Source: an uncultured Erysipelotrichaceae bacterium (GTDB lineage Bacteria > Bacillota_I > Bacilli_A > Erysipelotrichales > Coprobacillaceae). Taken from it: DNA of 64,000 nucleotides. The notes beneath the pieces are model-generated. The model had not been told where the DNA came from. It searched no databases and saw only the letters and a program-made list of their open reading frames with translations. Numbering within the stretch: position 1 is the stretch's first letter; each line of letters opens with the position of its first letter. The stretch is from contig CAMTOK010000002.1 of assembly GCA_947074115.1 (NCBI GenBank), positions 21,946-85,945 on the forward strand. The letters run 5' to 3'. Positions 37,957 to 51,035 of this stretch are shown in pieces. The position numbers and the translations under genes were made by a program.

Positions 37957-40609
37957 CTGCTTCTCCTCCTGTTTCATCGTCTTCTTGTTTTGTAGAGACT
38001 AAGTTATAATCGTCATAAAAGATATCAAAGTTACATATTGTTTTAAATTCACAAAAATGACATGGATTCACCATCATGTGGATATTGTTGTCGTCGCTTC
38101 CTTTTGGCGCAACGGGGATCATACCTTGATGGATATCTGTGTATAACTTTTGGATATGTTCAGCGATTGCTTCACTGAGTGAATCAAGTGCTTCGTAACT
38201 TAATATTTTTCCTTTGTATCCATCGTTCTTCTTTACGTATTTTGCTGGAATCATGTATGACTTTTGTGAATTCACTTCATCTAATTGTCTAATTGCTTTT
38301 GATTCTTCATCATCTATAATATATCCACTATATTTGTATTTCTTATAGATATCTTCTTCGTTTATTGCGTCTTTTAAAGAGTTTCCAGCAAATGTTTGTT
38401 TCTTCATACTAAAGTAGAAAACGCCTGCTGGAGATTGTGGCATAACTTTCTTTAACATATCCAGATATATTAACATTTGAATATTAAATCCCTGTTTAGC
38501 AAGTTCTAAGTTTAAATCTTTTGCGCTTGATTTGTAATCAATAATAGAGAAATAATCTTCATTAGCGTCTATGCGGTCAACAATACCTTTAAATTCTAGA
38601 CCGGCAACTGTATCTTTTATAAAGCGTTCTTTATCTAGGATTTTAAGGGATGATAAGCTAGTGAAATGTTCTAGAATTCCCTTAATGAATTTTAAATCCT
38701 GAGTTTGTTGCGCTATAACATATTGGTTGATTGGTGTTTGTATTTTATCTTTAATTCTTTCATTTTGATCTAAGAATTCTTGTACGATTTCTTCTATTGC
38801 ACGGTCATGATCAAAACAAAGAGATAAGACATAATGTGATAATGATCCAATTTCTGCAGGGGATAAATCATCTTGATATGATTCTTTGAGTTTTAATCCA
38901 TATTTTAAGAAATATTGGAAGGGACACTTATTATATAATTCAAGTTGACTTACAGAAGCATATTCACTATAGATTTGATTCGTTGTTTCCTTTGAGAGAT
39001 GATCTTGTTTGTGTCTATGTTGACTATAATCATCAATCAAAGTATTGATGTCTTCATACACTTCACTTTGTTGACTCTTTAAATAATCCTCTTCAATAGG
39101 TCGGTAAGAAATATTTAATGTCTCCATTTTAACATTTGATTTGAGTTGTGAATACAGTGATGCTGGAAGAAGTGTCGCTCCAGTACTTGATGATTGTGCA
39201 TAGGAAAATGTACATGATAGGACTGGTAAAGATAAGAGTTTGACTAAATCATTTTGTAAGATTCCGAGTTGTTCTAATGTCGATAGAGGGCGAGTTAGAT
39301 TCTCGCTCTTTAATAACTCTATATCCTCATTCAGGATCAATGCTGTATCTTTAATTTGTTTTGGGAATTGTGTTTCATTCATCCCTAATATAAAGGTATG
39401 TCTAGTACGATCTAGGCATAAATCGTCAAGTGTTTGTATTTTGAGTTGTCCAAGTAAAGGCGAAGAAGTGGCAATTGGTTCGTTATAAGTAAGTTTAAAG
39501 AATTCTAGGAACTGTTTTGATGTAATATCACCAGTAAAATGACTCACTTGTTCAAAGTAGGCTTTATATGTTCCTCCTAATTCTTGATTTAAGAAGTACT
39601 CAGCAAATTCACTAAAAGTAGATACATTTTGGGCTTCAATTTCTTCTATAATTGATTTATATGTAGAAGAGTACTCAAAAAGAGACATTTCCTTATTAAG
39701 AACAGGTATGTTCGCTTTTATGGCTTCTTGTAAACAATCATCAAAATATTGAGTGTTTGGAACATAAATCACAAAATCGTCTAGTGATAAGTGTTCATTC
39801 ACTATTTTTTCTTTAATAGAATGAAGTGTATATTTCACTTCATATAAAGGATTTTTTGCTTTGAATGTAAAACAAGGCGTATTGTTATAATATTGATAAG
39901 TTGAGATAACATGATCAGTTGTTGTTTTAAACTTGTTTTCATTTTGTTTATAGGGAAGATAAGGAATGTTATAGAGTTCCTGTTCATCATTTGTTGTTAG
40001 TAAAACCTTAATATCATTTGACGTTGAAAGCAAATCAAGTAATTGTTTGACTTGGCTTTTATAAATGAGGTGATCACCTTCAATATAGATATTCATTTGC
40101 GATAATGAAGATAAATCTTGGGCAAGTAATGCATCAAGTCTTGAATAGAAGGTGTCATTTGGTTTTATTTGATTGACTGATTGATAAAGAAGATGAAAAT
40201 CTTCTAATTTAGAAGATGTTATTTGAGACAAGTGTATATCAAAAGTATTGTAATCAGTCATTAACTTTGATAATGGCTCTAAGAAAGAGAATGAAGGTTC
40301 TCCTTTAAATAATTGAAAAGTATTGCTTTTATATGCAGTGTATACATAATACAACAACTCTGTTTGATCTAGTATTGTTGGAGCGAGACATAATTTTTCT
40401 AACATAGATGAAACAAAGCTATTAAAAGAGACGATTTCAATATTAAATAAGACTTTAGTATATTTAAAGAAACATTGTTCAATAGATTTTGGATGATCAC
40501 ATATGTAATAGAATGTCTGTGTTGGATGTTTGGAAGCTTCCTTAAGACATTCCTTTATGATGTGATCTGTTTTTTCATAATAATTTATTCCTGTTATTGT
40601 TTGCATCAT
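37946..40609 (-). CDS. addB: ATP-dependent helicase/nuclease subunit B (AddB/RexB type)
   Basis: C-terminal nuclease (IVDRID...IIDYKSS) and Fe-S cysteines CPFQYF...CHFCEFKTIC. Degenerate N-terminal Walker A (GINYYEKT). AGAGGTGA RBS precedes ATGATG at 40609/40606. Confidence 0.88.
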   Translation of the reverse strand: MMQTITGINYYEKTDHIIKECLKEASKHPTQTFYYICDHPKSIEQCFFKYTKVLFNIEIVSFNSFVSSMLEKLCLAPTILDQTELLYYVYTAYKSNTFQLFKGEPSFSFLEPLSKLMTDYNTFDIHLSQITSSKLEDFHLLYQSVNQIKPNDTFYSRLDALLAQDLSSLSQMNIYIEGDHLIYKSQVKQLLDLLSTSNDIKVLLTTNDEQELYNIPYLPYKQNENKFKTTTDHVISTYQYYNNTPCFTFKAKNPLYEVKYTLHSIKEKIVNEHLSLDDFVIYVPNTQYFDDCLQEAIKANIPVLNKEMSLFEYSSTYKSIIEEIEAQNVSTFSEFAEYFLNQELGGTYKAYFEQVSHFTGDITSKQFLEFFKLTYNEPIATSSPLLGQLKIQTLDDLCLDRTRHTFILGMNETQFPKQIKDTALILNEDIELLKSENLTRPLSTLEQLGILQNDLVKLLSLPVLSCTFSYAQSSSTGATLLPASLYSQLKSNVKMETLNISYRPIEEDYLKSQQSEVYEDINTLIDDYSQHRHKQDHLSKETTNQIYSEYASVSQLELYNKCPFQYFLKYGLKLKESYQDDLSPAEIGSLSHYVLSLCFDHDRAIEEIVQEFLDQNERIKDKIQTPINQYVIAQQTQDLKFIKGILEHFTSLSSLKILDKERFIKDTVAGLEFKGIVDRIDANEDYFSIIDYKSSAKDLNLELAKQGFNIQMLIYLDMLKKVMPQSPAGVFYFSMKKQTFAGNSLKDAINEEDIYKKYKYSGYIIDDEESKAIRQLDEVNSQKSYMIPAKYVKKNDGYKGKILSYEALDSLSEAIAEHIQKLYTDIHQGMIPVAPKGSDDNNIHMMVNPCHFCEFKTICNFDIFYDDYNLVSTKQEDDETGGEADAI

Positions 40610-40642
40610 TATCACCTCTAGAATCATTATACAATAAATAGG

Positions 40643-40674
40643 GAGGAAAGAAAAAGAACAGCTTTGCTGTTCTT
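40643..40674 (-). terminator. Rho-independent terminator of nadE
   Basis: On the minus strand, AAGAACAGC-aaa-GCTGTTCTT followed by TTTCTTTCC. Overlaps the nadE stop. Confidence 0.75.
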
Positions 40675-42580
40675 AAAGTTTTTCACATTCCTTTAACCAG
40701 AGTTCAATATTCACATCACTCGGCATTCTTAAATCACCTCTTGGTGATAAAGCAACTGAACCAACTTTAGGTCCATCTGGAATACAACTTCTTTTGAATT
40801 GTTGTGTTAAGAAACGTCTCATAAAGAGTGTTAACCATGTTTTGATTTCTAAATCATCATATTGATCTTTGAATGCACTTTTTGCAATCATAAATAACTT
40901 CTTAGGTGTGTAGTGGAATCTTACAAAATGATATAAGAAGAAATCATGTAATTCATAAGGACCGACAATATCTTCTGTCTTTTGAGAGATTTCGTTGTCC
41001 TTTGCAGGAAGAAGTTCAGGTGAAACAGGTGTTTCTAATATATCTTGTAAAACATCGTAGAGAACCTCACCTTTGTAAAGTGATGATACATAATCAACAA
41101 GGTATCTTACAAGTGTTTTAGGGACACTTACATTAACTGCGTACATACTCATATGATCACCATTATAGGTTGACCATCCGAGTGCGACTTCTGATAAATC
41201 GCCAGTTCCAATAACAATACCACCAACTTTATTTGATAAATCCATAAGGACTTGTGTTCTTTCTCTTGCTTGGCCATTTTCAAAAGTAATATCGTGTGTG
41301 TTGATATCTTGATCTATATCAATAAAATGTTGTTTTACTGATTCGGTAATATCGATTGTATATGATGTGACTTTTAATTCTTCCATCATTTTTAATGCAT
41401 TGTTCTTAGTTCGACTTGTTGTTCCAAAACAAGGCATTGTGACCGCGATAATATCTTCACTTGGATAACCAAGTTTTTGGTATGCCATGTGTGCAACAAG
41501 AAGCGCTAATGTTGAATCTAAACCACCAGAGATCCCAATGACAACCCTCTTAGTGCGTGTTGCCTTTAAACGTTGAATCAATCCATTGATTTGTATATCA
41601 AAGACTTCTTTACAACGAAGAGCACGATCTTCACTTGTACTTGGTACGAATGGATAAGGATCATAATATCTTTCTAATTGAAGTTCATGTGGATGATGTT
41701 CAAAGTGAATATGTGTATAGTGATCAAATTGATTTGGATATGTCGTCATTTCAATTCTTTCAGTCACTAATTTCTCTAAGTCAATATCACTATAAACTAA
41801 AGACTCTTCATATTGAGTTGATTCTGTAAGTAATCTTCCGTTTTCACTAATAATGTGGTGGTTGCTGAAGACAACGTCAGTTGTCGATTCACCAATACCC
41901 GCATTTGTATAGACATAAGCGCAAATGTTTCTTGCACTTTGACCTGTTACAAGTTGTCTTCTGTAGTCAGATTTACCTGTTAAGTCATTACTAGCTGAAG
42001 GATTTAAAATAAGGGTTGCTCCATTTAAGCAATGATGCGAACTCGGTGGGATAGGAACCCAAAGATCTTCACAAATTTCGATTGCTATTTTTAACGATGT
42101 CATATTTAAATCACTAAAAATCAGTTTTGTTCCAAAAGGATAAGTCTTATTATTTATTGTGATTGTTGTCGTTTCATTTGGTGCACTCGCAAAATGTCTT
42201 GCTTCATAAAATTCATGATAGTTTGGAATATGTGTTTTTGGCACAACACCAAGAATGTGTCCTTTATGCATAACAAGAGCACAATTATAAAGTGCATTAT
42301 CTTTTGGTAATGCAACACCAAAGACAATCAGTATATCTACATCTCTTGTTTCATCTTGAAGAGTATGTATAGCTTTATACGCTTCATTGATTAAAGATCT
42401 TTGAAAGAATAAATCTTCAATCGTATATCCTGTTATGCACAGTTCTGGGAAACACAAAACTGAGACGTGTTTAGAATGAGCCTCTTTAGTCAGTAAGATC
42501 ATTTTCTCAGTATTAGAGTGTATGTTTGTTAAATGTGTATAGAAGTTCGCACTTGCGACGCGAATAAATCCGTTGTTCAT
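40673..42580 (-). CDS. nadE: Glutamine-dependent NAD+ synthetase (nitrilase domain + synthetase domain)
   Basis: N-terminal CN-hydrolase (CFPEL, IEICEDLW) and C-terminal PP-loop GISGGLDS. 635 aa. Confidence 0.9.
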   Translation of the reverse strand: MNNGFIRVASANFYTHLTNIHSNTEKMILLTKEAHSKHVSVLCFPELCITGYTIEDLFFQRSLINEAYKAIHTLQDETRDVDILIVFGVALPKDNALYNCALVMHKGHILGVVPKTHIPNYHEFYEARHFASAPNETTTITINNKTYPFGTKLIFSDLNMTSLKIAIEICEDLWVPIPPSSHHCLNGATLILNPSASNDLTGKSDYRRQLVTGQSARNICAYVYTNAGIGESTTDVVFSNHHIISENGRLLTESTQYEESLVYSDIDLEKLVTERIEMTTYPNQFDHYTHIHFEHHPHELQLERYYDPYPFVPSTSEDRALRCKEVFDIQINGLIQRLKATRTKRVVIGISGGLDSTLALLVAHMAYQKLGYPSEDIIAVTMPCFGTTSRTKNNALKMMEELKVTSYTIDITESVKQHFIDIDQDINTHDITFENGQARERTQVLMDLSNKVGGIVIGTGDLSEVALGWSTYNGDHMSMYAVNVSVPKTLVRYLVDYVSSLYKGEVLYDVLQDILETPVSPELLPAKDNEISQKTEDIVGPYELHDFFLYHFVRFHYTPKKLFMIAKSAFKDQYDDLEIKTWLTLFMRRFLTQQFKRSCIPDGPKVGSVALSPRGDLRMPSDVNIELWLKECEKL

Positions 42581-42633
42581 ATATGTACCTCCATTTCATG
42601 TATTATAACATAATATGACAGAATAAATACATC

Positions 42634-42654
42634 AAAAAAGACACTTGCGTGTCT
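42634..42654 (-). terminator. Rho-independent terminator of asnA
   Basis: On the minus strand, AGACAC-gcaa-GTGTCT followed by TTTTTT. Confidence 0.75.
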
Positions 42655-43666
42655 AGAGTAACATAATGTTATTGTCTTGTGCTATACGATGAGTTTCATC
42701 ATCCCATAATGAAGCTTGAACTTCACCAATGTGTGCCTTTCTTAAGAAATACATACAAATACGACTTTGCCCAATACCACCACCGATGCTGAGTGGTAAA
42801 ACTGAATTTAAGATATTTTGATGATAAGGAAGTGTTTTACGATCTTCAGCATTTGCTTTCACTAATTGTTCTTCTAATGCTTTCTCATCAACACGAATAC
42901 CCATACTTGAGATTTCAAATGCAGAATCAAGTTGTGGATTATAAACAAGGATATCAGCATTTAAAGACCAATCATCATAATCGGGTGAACGTCCATCATG
43001 TTTTTCACCTGAATTTAATTTGTCTCCAATTTGTAATAAACAAACCGCTAGTTTTTCTTTTGTAATTGCATTTTCTCTTTCCTTTGGTGTTAATGTTGGA
43101 TACATATCTTCTAATTCTTGAGTTGTTAAAAATGTAAGTTCTTTTGGTAATATAGATTCACTTAATTGTGGATAGTGTCTAATCATAAAGAATTCTACAT
43201 CTTGTAAGACATGATAGACTTTAGAAACCGTTTCTTTTAAAAATTCAAGATGACGATCTTCTCTTTCAATAACCATCTCCCAATCCCATTGGTCAACATA
43301 CATAGAGTGAATGTTATCTAATTCTTCATCTTTTCTTATTGCATTCATATCAGTGTATAATCCCGTATGTGATGTAAATCCATATCTGTGTAATGCATCT
43401 CTTTTCCATTTTGCGAGTGAATGTATAATTTCAATATCTTGGGCACCAATTTCTGATGATTGAAATGAAACAGGTCCTTCAATACCATTTAAATTATCAT
43501 TTAAACCAGTATTCTTCAATAGAAAAAGTGGGGCAGAGACACGTGTTAAACGTAATTCTTCACTTAATCGTCTTTCAAAAGTATCTTTAACCATTTTTAT
43601 TGCGACTTCAGTCTCAACAAGATTTAATAATGGTTTGTAGTGTTGAGGTATATATATTTGGCTCAT
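42653..43666 (-). CDS. asnA: Aspartate--ammonia ligase (asparagine synthetase A)
   Basis: AsnA-type class II aaRS-like motifs (RVSAPLF, DWDLNAD-like DDWSLNADILVY, GGGIGQSR). AAGGAGA RBS precedes ATG 43666, so the ATG 43687 in the track is unlikely. Confidence 0.88.
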   Translation of the reverse strand: MSQIYIPQHYKPLLNLVETEVAIKMVKDTFERRLSEELRLTRVSAPLFLLKNTGLNDNLNGIEGPVSFQSSEIGAQDIEIIHSLAKWKRDALHRYGFTSHTGLYTDMNAIRKDEELDNIHSMYVDQWDWEMVIEREDRHLEFLKETVSKVYHVLQDVEFFMIRHYPQLSESILPKELTFLTTQELEDMYPTLTPKERENAITKEKLAVCLLQIGDKLNSGEKHDGRSPDYDDWSLNADILVYNPQLDSAFEISSMGIRVDEKALEEQLVKANAEDRKTLPYHQNILNSVLPLSIGGGIGQSRICMYFLRKAHIGEVQASLWDDETHRIAQDNNIMLL

Positions 43667-43763
43667 TTTCTTCTCCTTAATTATCATTATTCACTATATT
43701 ATAGTATATTCCTAAATTAGAGTCAAAAAAATATGTATTATCAAATAATTATCTTTAAATAAA

Positions 43764-43792
43764 TTGACGAGGTAACACTTATTTAGTACAAT
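43764..43792 (+). promoter_or_regulatory. Sigma-A promoter of thrCB
   Basis: TTGACG (43764-43769), 17 nt, TACAAT (43787-43792). Confidence 0.6.
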
Positions 43793-43822
43793 GATTTCAA
43801 TAATAAATGGGGGAATATAACG

Positions 43823-45307
43823 ATGAGTGAAAAATTGTTTAAAAGTACGAGGGGTAATCAAAAACCTTTAAATTTTTATGAAGCGATCTTACAGGGAATT
43901 GCGAATGACGGAGGTTTATTAGTACCTGATTTTAATGTTGATCAAAAAGACTTAAATGCATTATTAAATATGAATTATGTTGATATGGCGACTGAAATTA
44001 TTTCAACATTCACACCTAATGATGTTAAAGAAGATATTAGAGGACTTTGTCAAAGTGCTTATGGAAATGGATTATTTCCTGAATCAGTTGTCCCTGTAGA
44101 AAAAGCAGGAGATGTATATATAGCTGAATTGTTCCAAGGACCAACAGCAGCCTTTAAAGATATGGCTTTATCATTATTACCATATTTCATGACTTTCTCA
44201 CTTAAAAAACGTGGTGAAAAAAGAGAAGTTATGATTTTAGCAGCGACTTCTGGAGATACTGGAAAAGCAGCATTAGAGGGATTTAAAGATGTTGAAGGAA
44301 CTTGTATTAAGGTTTTCTATCCAGTTGATGGTGTTTCACCAATTCAAAAACAACAAATGATCACTCAAACAGGAAAGAATGTTGATATTATTGGAATTCA
44401 TGGTAATTTTGATGATGCTCAAAGTGCAGTGAAAGTTGCATTTAATTCGGATGAGTTAAAGGAATTGTGTTTAGAACATAATGTCTTCCTTTCATCAGCA
44501 AATTCTATTAATATTGGTCGTTTAATTCCACAAATCGTTTATTACTTCTATTCTTATTTAACATTAGTGAAAACAAATGAAATTAAAATGGGTGAAGCAG
44601 TAAACTTTACAATTCCAAGTGGTAACTTTGGGAATTGTTTAGCTGGATACTTTGCGAAATTAATGGGATTACCAGTGAAAAAATTCATTGTAGCATCAAA
44701 TAAAAATAATATCTTAACAGATTTCTTTAATACTGGAGAATACAATGCAAATAGAGAATTCTATAAAACAAATGCGCCAGCAATGGATATCTTAGTATCA
44801 AGTAATCTTGAAAGATTGGTTTATATTCTTTGTCAAGATAGTGCAAAAGTCAAAACATTTATGGATCAATTAAATGAAACAGGTATTTATAAAGTTGATG
44901 AAGATTTATATAACACAGTTAAAGATAACTTTAAAGCAGGATGGTTAACGGAAGAAAAAGTATTAGCAGCTGTGAAAAACTGTTATGAAGAGACAGGATA
45001 TTTATTAGATACACATACTGCGATTGGATATGGAGTTTATAAGGAATATCAAGATGAATCACAAGATGAAACAAAAACAATCATCTTATCAACAGCGTCA
45101 CCATATAAATTCCCAGAATCAGTATTAGAGGCATTAACTGGTGAAACATTAAATGAGTTTGATGCGATTGATGCATTACATGAAAAAACAAATGTTGTTG
45201 TCCCAACACCATTACAAGGGATTAAAGATAGAGAAATCTTACACAAGAAAGTGATTGATAAAGCAGATATCATTCAATTTATTGGTGAACAAATTAAGGA
45301 GATGTAA
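43823..45307 (+). CDS. thrC: Threonine synthase (long form)
   Basis: PLP-lysine motif GPTAAFKDMALS, SSANSINIGRL, ~494 aa. Confidence 0.9.
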   Translation: MSEKLFKSTRGNQKPLNFYEAILQGIANDGGLLVPDFNVDQKDLNALLNMNYVDMATEIISTFTPNDVKEDIRGLCQSAYGNGLFPESVVPVEKAGDVYIAELFQGPTAAFKDMALSLLPYFMTFSLKKRGEKREVMILAATSGDTGKAALEGFKDVEGTCIKVFYPVDGVSPIQKQQMITQTGKNVDIIGIHGNFDDAQSAVKVAFNSDELKELCLEHNVFLSSANSINIGRLIPQIVYYFYSYLTLVKTNEIKMGEAVNFTIPSGNFGNCLAGYFAKLMGLPVKKFIVASNKNNILTDFFNTGEYNANREFYKTNAPAMDILVSSNLERLVYILCQDSAKVKTFMDQLNETGIYKVDEDLYNTVKDNFKAGWLTEEKVLAAVKNCYEETGYLLDTHTAIGYGVYKEYQDESQDETKTIILSTASPYKFPESVLEALTGETLNEFDAIDALHEKTNVVVPTPLQGIKDREILHKKVIDKADIIQFIGEQIKEM

Positions 45308-45308
45308 A

Positions 45309-46199
45309 ATGAAAGTTAAAGTCAAAGTACCGGCAACAAGTGCGAACCTTGGACCAGGATTCGATGTCGCTGGATTAGCGTTAACACTGTATAATACATT
45401 TACATTTGAAATCATAGAGTCTGGATTAAATATTACGGGATGCCCTAAACAATTCTGTAATGAAGAGAATATGACATATCAAGCCTTTGTGGCAGGTGCG
45501 AAAGCTTGTGGTTTAGAGTTTAGCGGTTTATCAATAGAGTGTGGTGGAGATGTTCCTTATACCAGAGGGCTAGGGAGCAGTTCAACATGTATCGTTGCAG
45601 GATTAGTAGGCGCTTTTGCGTTTAAAGATCAAGGAGAAGATCGTCAAACAATTCTTGAACTGGCGACACAAATTGAAGGACATCCTGACAATGTTGCACC
45701 AGCAATATTTGGAGGGTTAACTGTATCAGTTATGACTGATAAAGTCACAACATTAAATATCCCAGTTAAACATGATTATCGTTTTGTGACGTTAATTCCA
45801 CCATTTACATTATCTACAGAGAAATCAAGATCTGTTTTACCACAACAATTGTCTAGAGCTGATGCAATCGCTAATGTTTCACATTTAGCACTTATGGTAG
45901 CGTCATTAATCAATGGACATGATGAGGGATTAAAAATTGGGTTTGGAGATCGTTTACATCAACCATACCGTGGTAAGTTAATACCAGGTTTTGAAGAAAT
46001 AATGGCTATCTTAGGTAAAGATAAAGACGTTCTTGGATGTTATTTATCAGGAGCTGGGCCAACAATTATGGCACTTATAAAAGCTGAAGACACAAAAGGT
46101 GTTGTAAGAATAAAAGAAGAACTTGGTCATTTGCTTGATGGATGGCAAGTTGAAAAACTAGAATTAGATATGCGCGGGTATACTTGCGATTATGAATAA
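45309..46199 (+). CDS. thrB: Homoserine kinase
   Basis: VPATSANLGPGFD and GHMP motif RGLGSSS. ATG 45309 follows the thrC stop by 1 nt with an AAGGAGA RBS. Confidence 0.9.
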   Translation: MKVKVKVPATSANLGPGFDVAGLALTLYNTFTFEIIESGLNITGCPKQFCNEENMTYQAFVAGAKACGLEFSGLSIECGGDVPYTRGLGSSSTCIVAGLVGAFAFKDQGEDRQTILELATQIEGHPDNVAPAIFGGLTVSVMTDKVTTLNIPVKHDYRFVTLIPPFTLSTEKSRSVLPQQLSRADAIANVSHLALMVASLINGHDEGLKIGFGDRLHQPYRGKLIPGFEEIMAILGKDKDVLGCYLSGAGPTIMALIKAEDTKGVVRIKEELGHLLDGWQVEKLELDMRGYTCDYE

Positions 46200-46223
46200 G
46201 GAGAGAAATCTCCTTTTCATTTT
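46198..46223 (+). terminator. Rho-independent terminator of thrCB
   Basis: AAGGAGA-gaaa-TCTCCTT followed by TTCATTTT. Confidence 0.7.
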
Positions 46224-46259
46224 ATAAAAAAGTTTATTTAACTAAAAAATGGTTGAATA

Positions 46260-46273
46260 ATATGGTATACTAT
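46260..46273 (+). promoter_or_regulatory. Extended -10 promoter (TGgTATACT) with a short leader
   Basis: ATATGGTATACTAT is identical to 20965-20978. RBS GAAGGAAG follows. Confidence 0.55.
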
Positions 46274-46293
46274 CAAAGAAGGAAGTGAAAAGA

Positions 46294-46539
46294 ATGGAAC
46301 ACGTAACAGATATAAATAAGGATCAATATATTGAAACAAGTATGCGTATTGTTAAAGACGTATTATTAACACAAGCTATTGATTTATCAGATGAAGAATT
46401 AGAAATACTAACAAAAGAAATCATGGATACATCATTAATGATGGGTGGAGATTTCTCTCGTACAAATATACAAGAAGTGACTCAACAATATTTAGAACAA
46501 TCTTTTTTAGACAGGTTTAAAAGAGCTCATAGAGGATAG
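46294..46539 (+). CDS. Small acidic helical protein of unknown function
   Basis: 81 aa from ATG 46294 (GTG 46285 also possible). No TM segment and no recognisable motif. Confidence 0.5.
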   Translation: MEHVTDINKDQYIETSMRIVKDVLLTQAIDLSDEELEILTKEIMDTSLMMGGDFSRTNIQEVTQQYLEQSFLDRFKRAHRG

Positions 46540-46549
46540 AGGTGATATT

Positions 46550-47751
46550 GTGGCATGGAATGAAAAAGTGATTAATGAGTATTTAGAAACGCATCTTTCT
46601 AAATATGTAGGTAAATATCGTTTTCATAGTGGTTATCAAAGTGATGATAAGGTGTATAAAGCACATTATTATATGTTTGATGAAAACTTTAGACAAATTG
46701 ATATTTATATAGAAGTGACAATAGGTGATCAAATTATCTATACTTTTTCTGAAGAACTTCATGAACAAGAAAAAGAGTTTATCATAAAGGATTTATTAGA
46801 GAGAATATTATTAAGTGCAAAGTATCCAACGACATTGCATTATTCATTATATGAAAAATATACAACAACTCTCAGCAATATTGGTATACTAGAACCAATA
46901 GATTTTTATAATCTATTAAATTATATGAAATATCATGGTGGTATTAATAAAGAAACAATGGAAAGATACTATGAACTGTTTATGCCATGTTTACAAGAGT
47001 TAATAAACCATGAGAAATATGAACGTTATATGGAACTTGTTATCTTGTTCTTAAGAAGCGTTTGTTATGAGTATGAATGGGATGGCGCGAATGCAAAGTA
47101 TTTAGATACAGAATATCAATATCATTTGTACCATTTAAGAAAAATTATTAGACAGATTGGACGTCACTTTGATGATTTCATGGAATATGCAAGAGAACAA
47201 GTTATCGAAGCTGTTATCATTATCTGTACTCAGGAAAGATTTGCATTATCATTGTTTATTGATATGAATTTAAGGGAAACGGAGTTTCCTGAATTATTAG
47301 AATCTTTACTAGAAGATTTAAAAGAAATGTATAAGAAGTTTAATGAAGATGAATCAAGACATATTGCATTTATGTATATGTATTATTCGTTCTATAATGA
47401 TCAAGAAAAACTGAAAGAAATTAGATTAGAAATTTTAAGAAATCTTGTCTTAAATATGTTGTCACTCGCAAATCATGATATAGATTTGGCTTTGTGTTAT
47501 GCAATTGTTAAAGATGAAGGATATGAAATTGTATTGGATTTATTCCATAGAGATTACAATACATTTATATTTACTTGTTTCCCAATTGCACAATTCCCAG
47601 AGGAATTAAAACCAGAAGTGAGACATTTACTTGTGACTGCAATACAATTCTTTGCGGCAAGAATGGACAATGACAGTTATCGTTTAAGTAGTTTTGAACA
47701 GGTGATTAATATTAATAGAATTCTTATGGATAATTTTAAGGAGTGGTACTC

Positions 47752-47755
<4 letters not shown>
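46550..47755 (+). CDS. 401-aa protein of unknown function (beta-rich head, long helical body)
   Basis: GTG start with an AGAGGTGA RBS. No TM segment, no nucleotide-binding or catalytic motif recognised. The stop overlaps the next start (ATGA). Confidence 0.55.
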
Positions 47756-50110
<2,355 letters not shown>

Positions 50111-50114
50111 TACG

Positions 50115-50145
50115 AAGGCATAATTCATAGAATTATGCCTTTTCT
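50115..50145 (+). terminator. Rho-independent terminator (possibly leaky) before the SDR gene
   Basis: AAGGCATAATTC-ata-GAATTATGCCTT followed by TTCT. Confidence 0.7.
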
Positions 50146-50159
50146 ATAAGGAGGGTTTT

Positions 50160-50903
50160 ATGAGTAAAAGAGGAATTATAGTGACAGGTGGCGGTCACGG
50201 TATTGGGGAAGCTATTGTTAGAGAATACCTTCATATGGGTATGAAGGTATGCTATATTGATCATCAAAATAAATTAGATTTAGAAAGTGAAAATCTATTT
50301 TTCTATAAAGGTGATCTTTCACAACAAAATGACTTAGATTCTTTTGTTTCATTTTGTCATGAGCATTTAGATAGAATTGATATATTAGTGAACAATGCTT
50401 GTCGTTCACATAAAGGTATCTTATCGGGATGCGATTATGAACAATTTCAACATGCTCTATCAGTTGGATTAACTGCACCGTATTATTTATCATTAAAATT
50501 TAAAGAAGATTTAATGAAAACGTCCGGAAATATTATTAACATTGCATCATCACGTGCGTTTCAGTCAGAACCTGATACAGAATCTTACACAAGTAGCAAG
50601 GGTGGTATTGTCGCCTTAACACATGCCATGAGTGTCTCTTTATCAGGAAAAGTACGTGTCAATTGTATTGCACCTGGTTGGATAGATGTCAACAATACAG
50701 TCTCATTTTCAAAAGAAGATGAAACAGCCATACCGGTAGGTAGAGTCGGAAAACCACGCGATATTGTTTCAATGGTGAAATTTTTATGTTCACGTGAAGC
50801 AGGATTCATTAACGGTGAGACATTTACTATTGATGGTGGGATGAACAAACGTATGATTTATCATGGAGATCATGGATGGACTTATTCTTGCAATGATGAA
50901 TAA
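50160..50903 (+). CDS. Short-chain dehydrogenase/reductase (SDR) family oxidoreductase
   Basis: TGGGHGIGEAI cofactor loop, NNAC, catalytic S...YTSSKGG. Confidence 0.85.
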   Translation: MSKRGIIVTGGGHGIGEAIVREYLHMGMKVCYIDHQNKLDLESENLFFYKGDLSQQNDLDSFVSFCHEHLDRIDILVNNACRSHKGILSGCDYEQFQHALSVGLTAPYYLSLKFKEDLMKTSGNIINIASSRAFQSEPDTESYTSSKGGIVALTHAMSVSLSGKVRVNCIAPGWIDVNNTVSFSKEDETAIPVGRVGKPRDIVSMVKFLCSREAGFINGETFTIDGGMNKRMIYHGDHGWTYSCNDE

Positions 50904-50922
50904 CATGTGCTAGAATGACTAC

Positions 50923-50960
50923 ACTGGTTCGAGAGCCAAACCCAGTATAAAAAACTAAGG
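50923..50960 (+). promoter_or_regulatory. preQ1-I riboswitch aptamer
   Basis: CTGG-TTCGAGAGCCAAAC-CCAG hairpin followed by TATAAAAAACTAAGG. Compare the Bacillus queC element AGAGGTTCTAGCTACACCCTCTATAAAAAACTAA. Lies upstream of queT. Confidence 0.8.
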
Positions 50961-50971
50961 ACATATCTATT

Positions 50972-50996
50972 AAGATGGCTCACGCCATCTTTTATT
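50972..50996 (+). terminator. Riboswitch expression-platform terminator
   Basis: AAGATGGC-tcac-GCCATCTT followed by TTATT, 11 nt after the aptamer. Confidence 0.75.
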
Positions 50997-51035
50997 ATGT
51001 CTGGCTTCTAACTGTTCTTTAGAGGAGGAAACGAA

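Noticed and set aside
40540-40609. AddB N terminus lacks a canonical Walker A motif (GINYYEKT instead of GxxGxGKT).
   Set aside because: Degenerate or absent ATP-binding motifs are a known feature of RexB-type AddB subunits. The nuclease and Fe-S motifs are intact, so this is not evidence of a pseudogene or novelty.
43667-43822. Possible T-box or other leader RNA between divergent asnA and thrC.
   Set aside because: Only about 155 nt are shared by two divergent promoters. No specifier/T-box sequence (AGGGUGGNACCGCG-like) and no terminator/antiterminator pair is visible. A plain TTGACG-17-TACAAT promoter explains the region.
50786-50801. parS-like sequence ATGTTCACGTGAAGCA inside the SDR gene.
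   Set aside because: The right half (GTGAAGCA) is close to the consensus, but the left half is shifted by a missing T. That gives about 4 mismatches to TGTTNCACGTGAAACA. It lies inside a coding region 43 kb from parB, so it is most likely chance.
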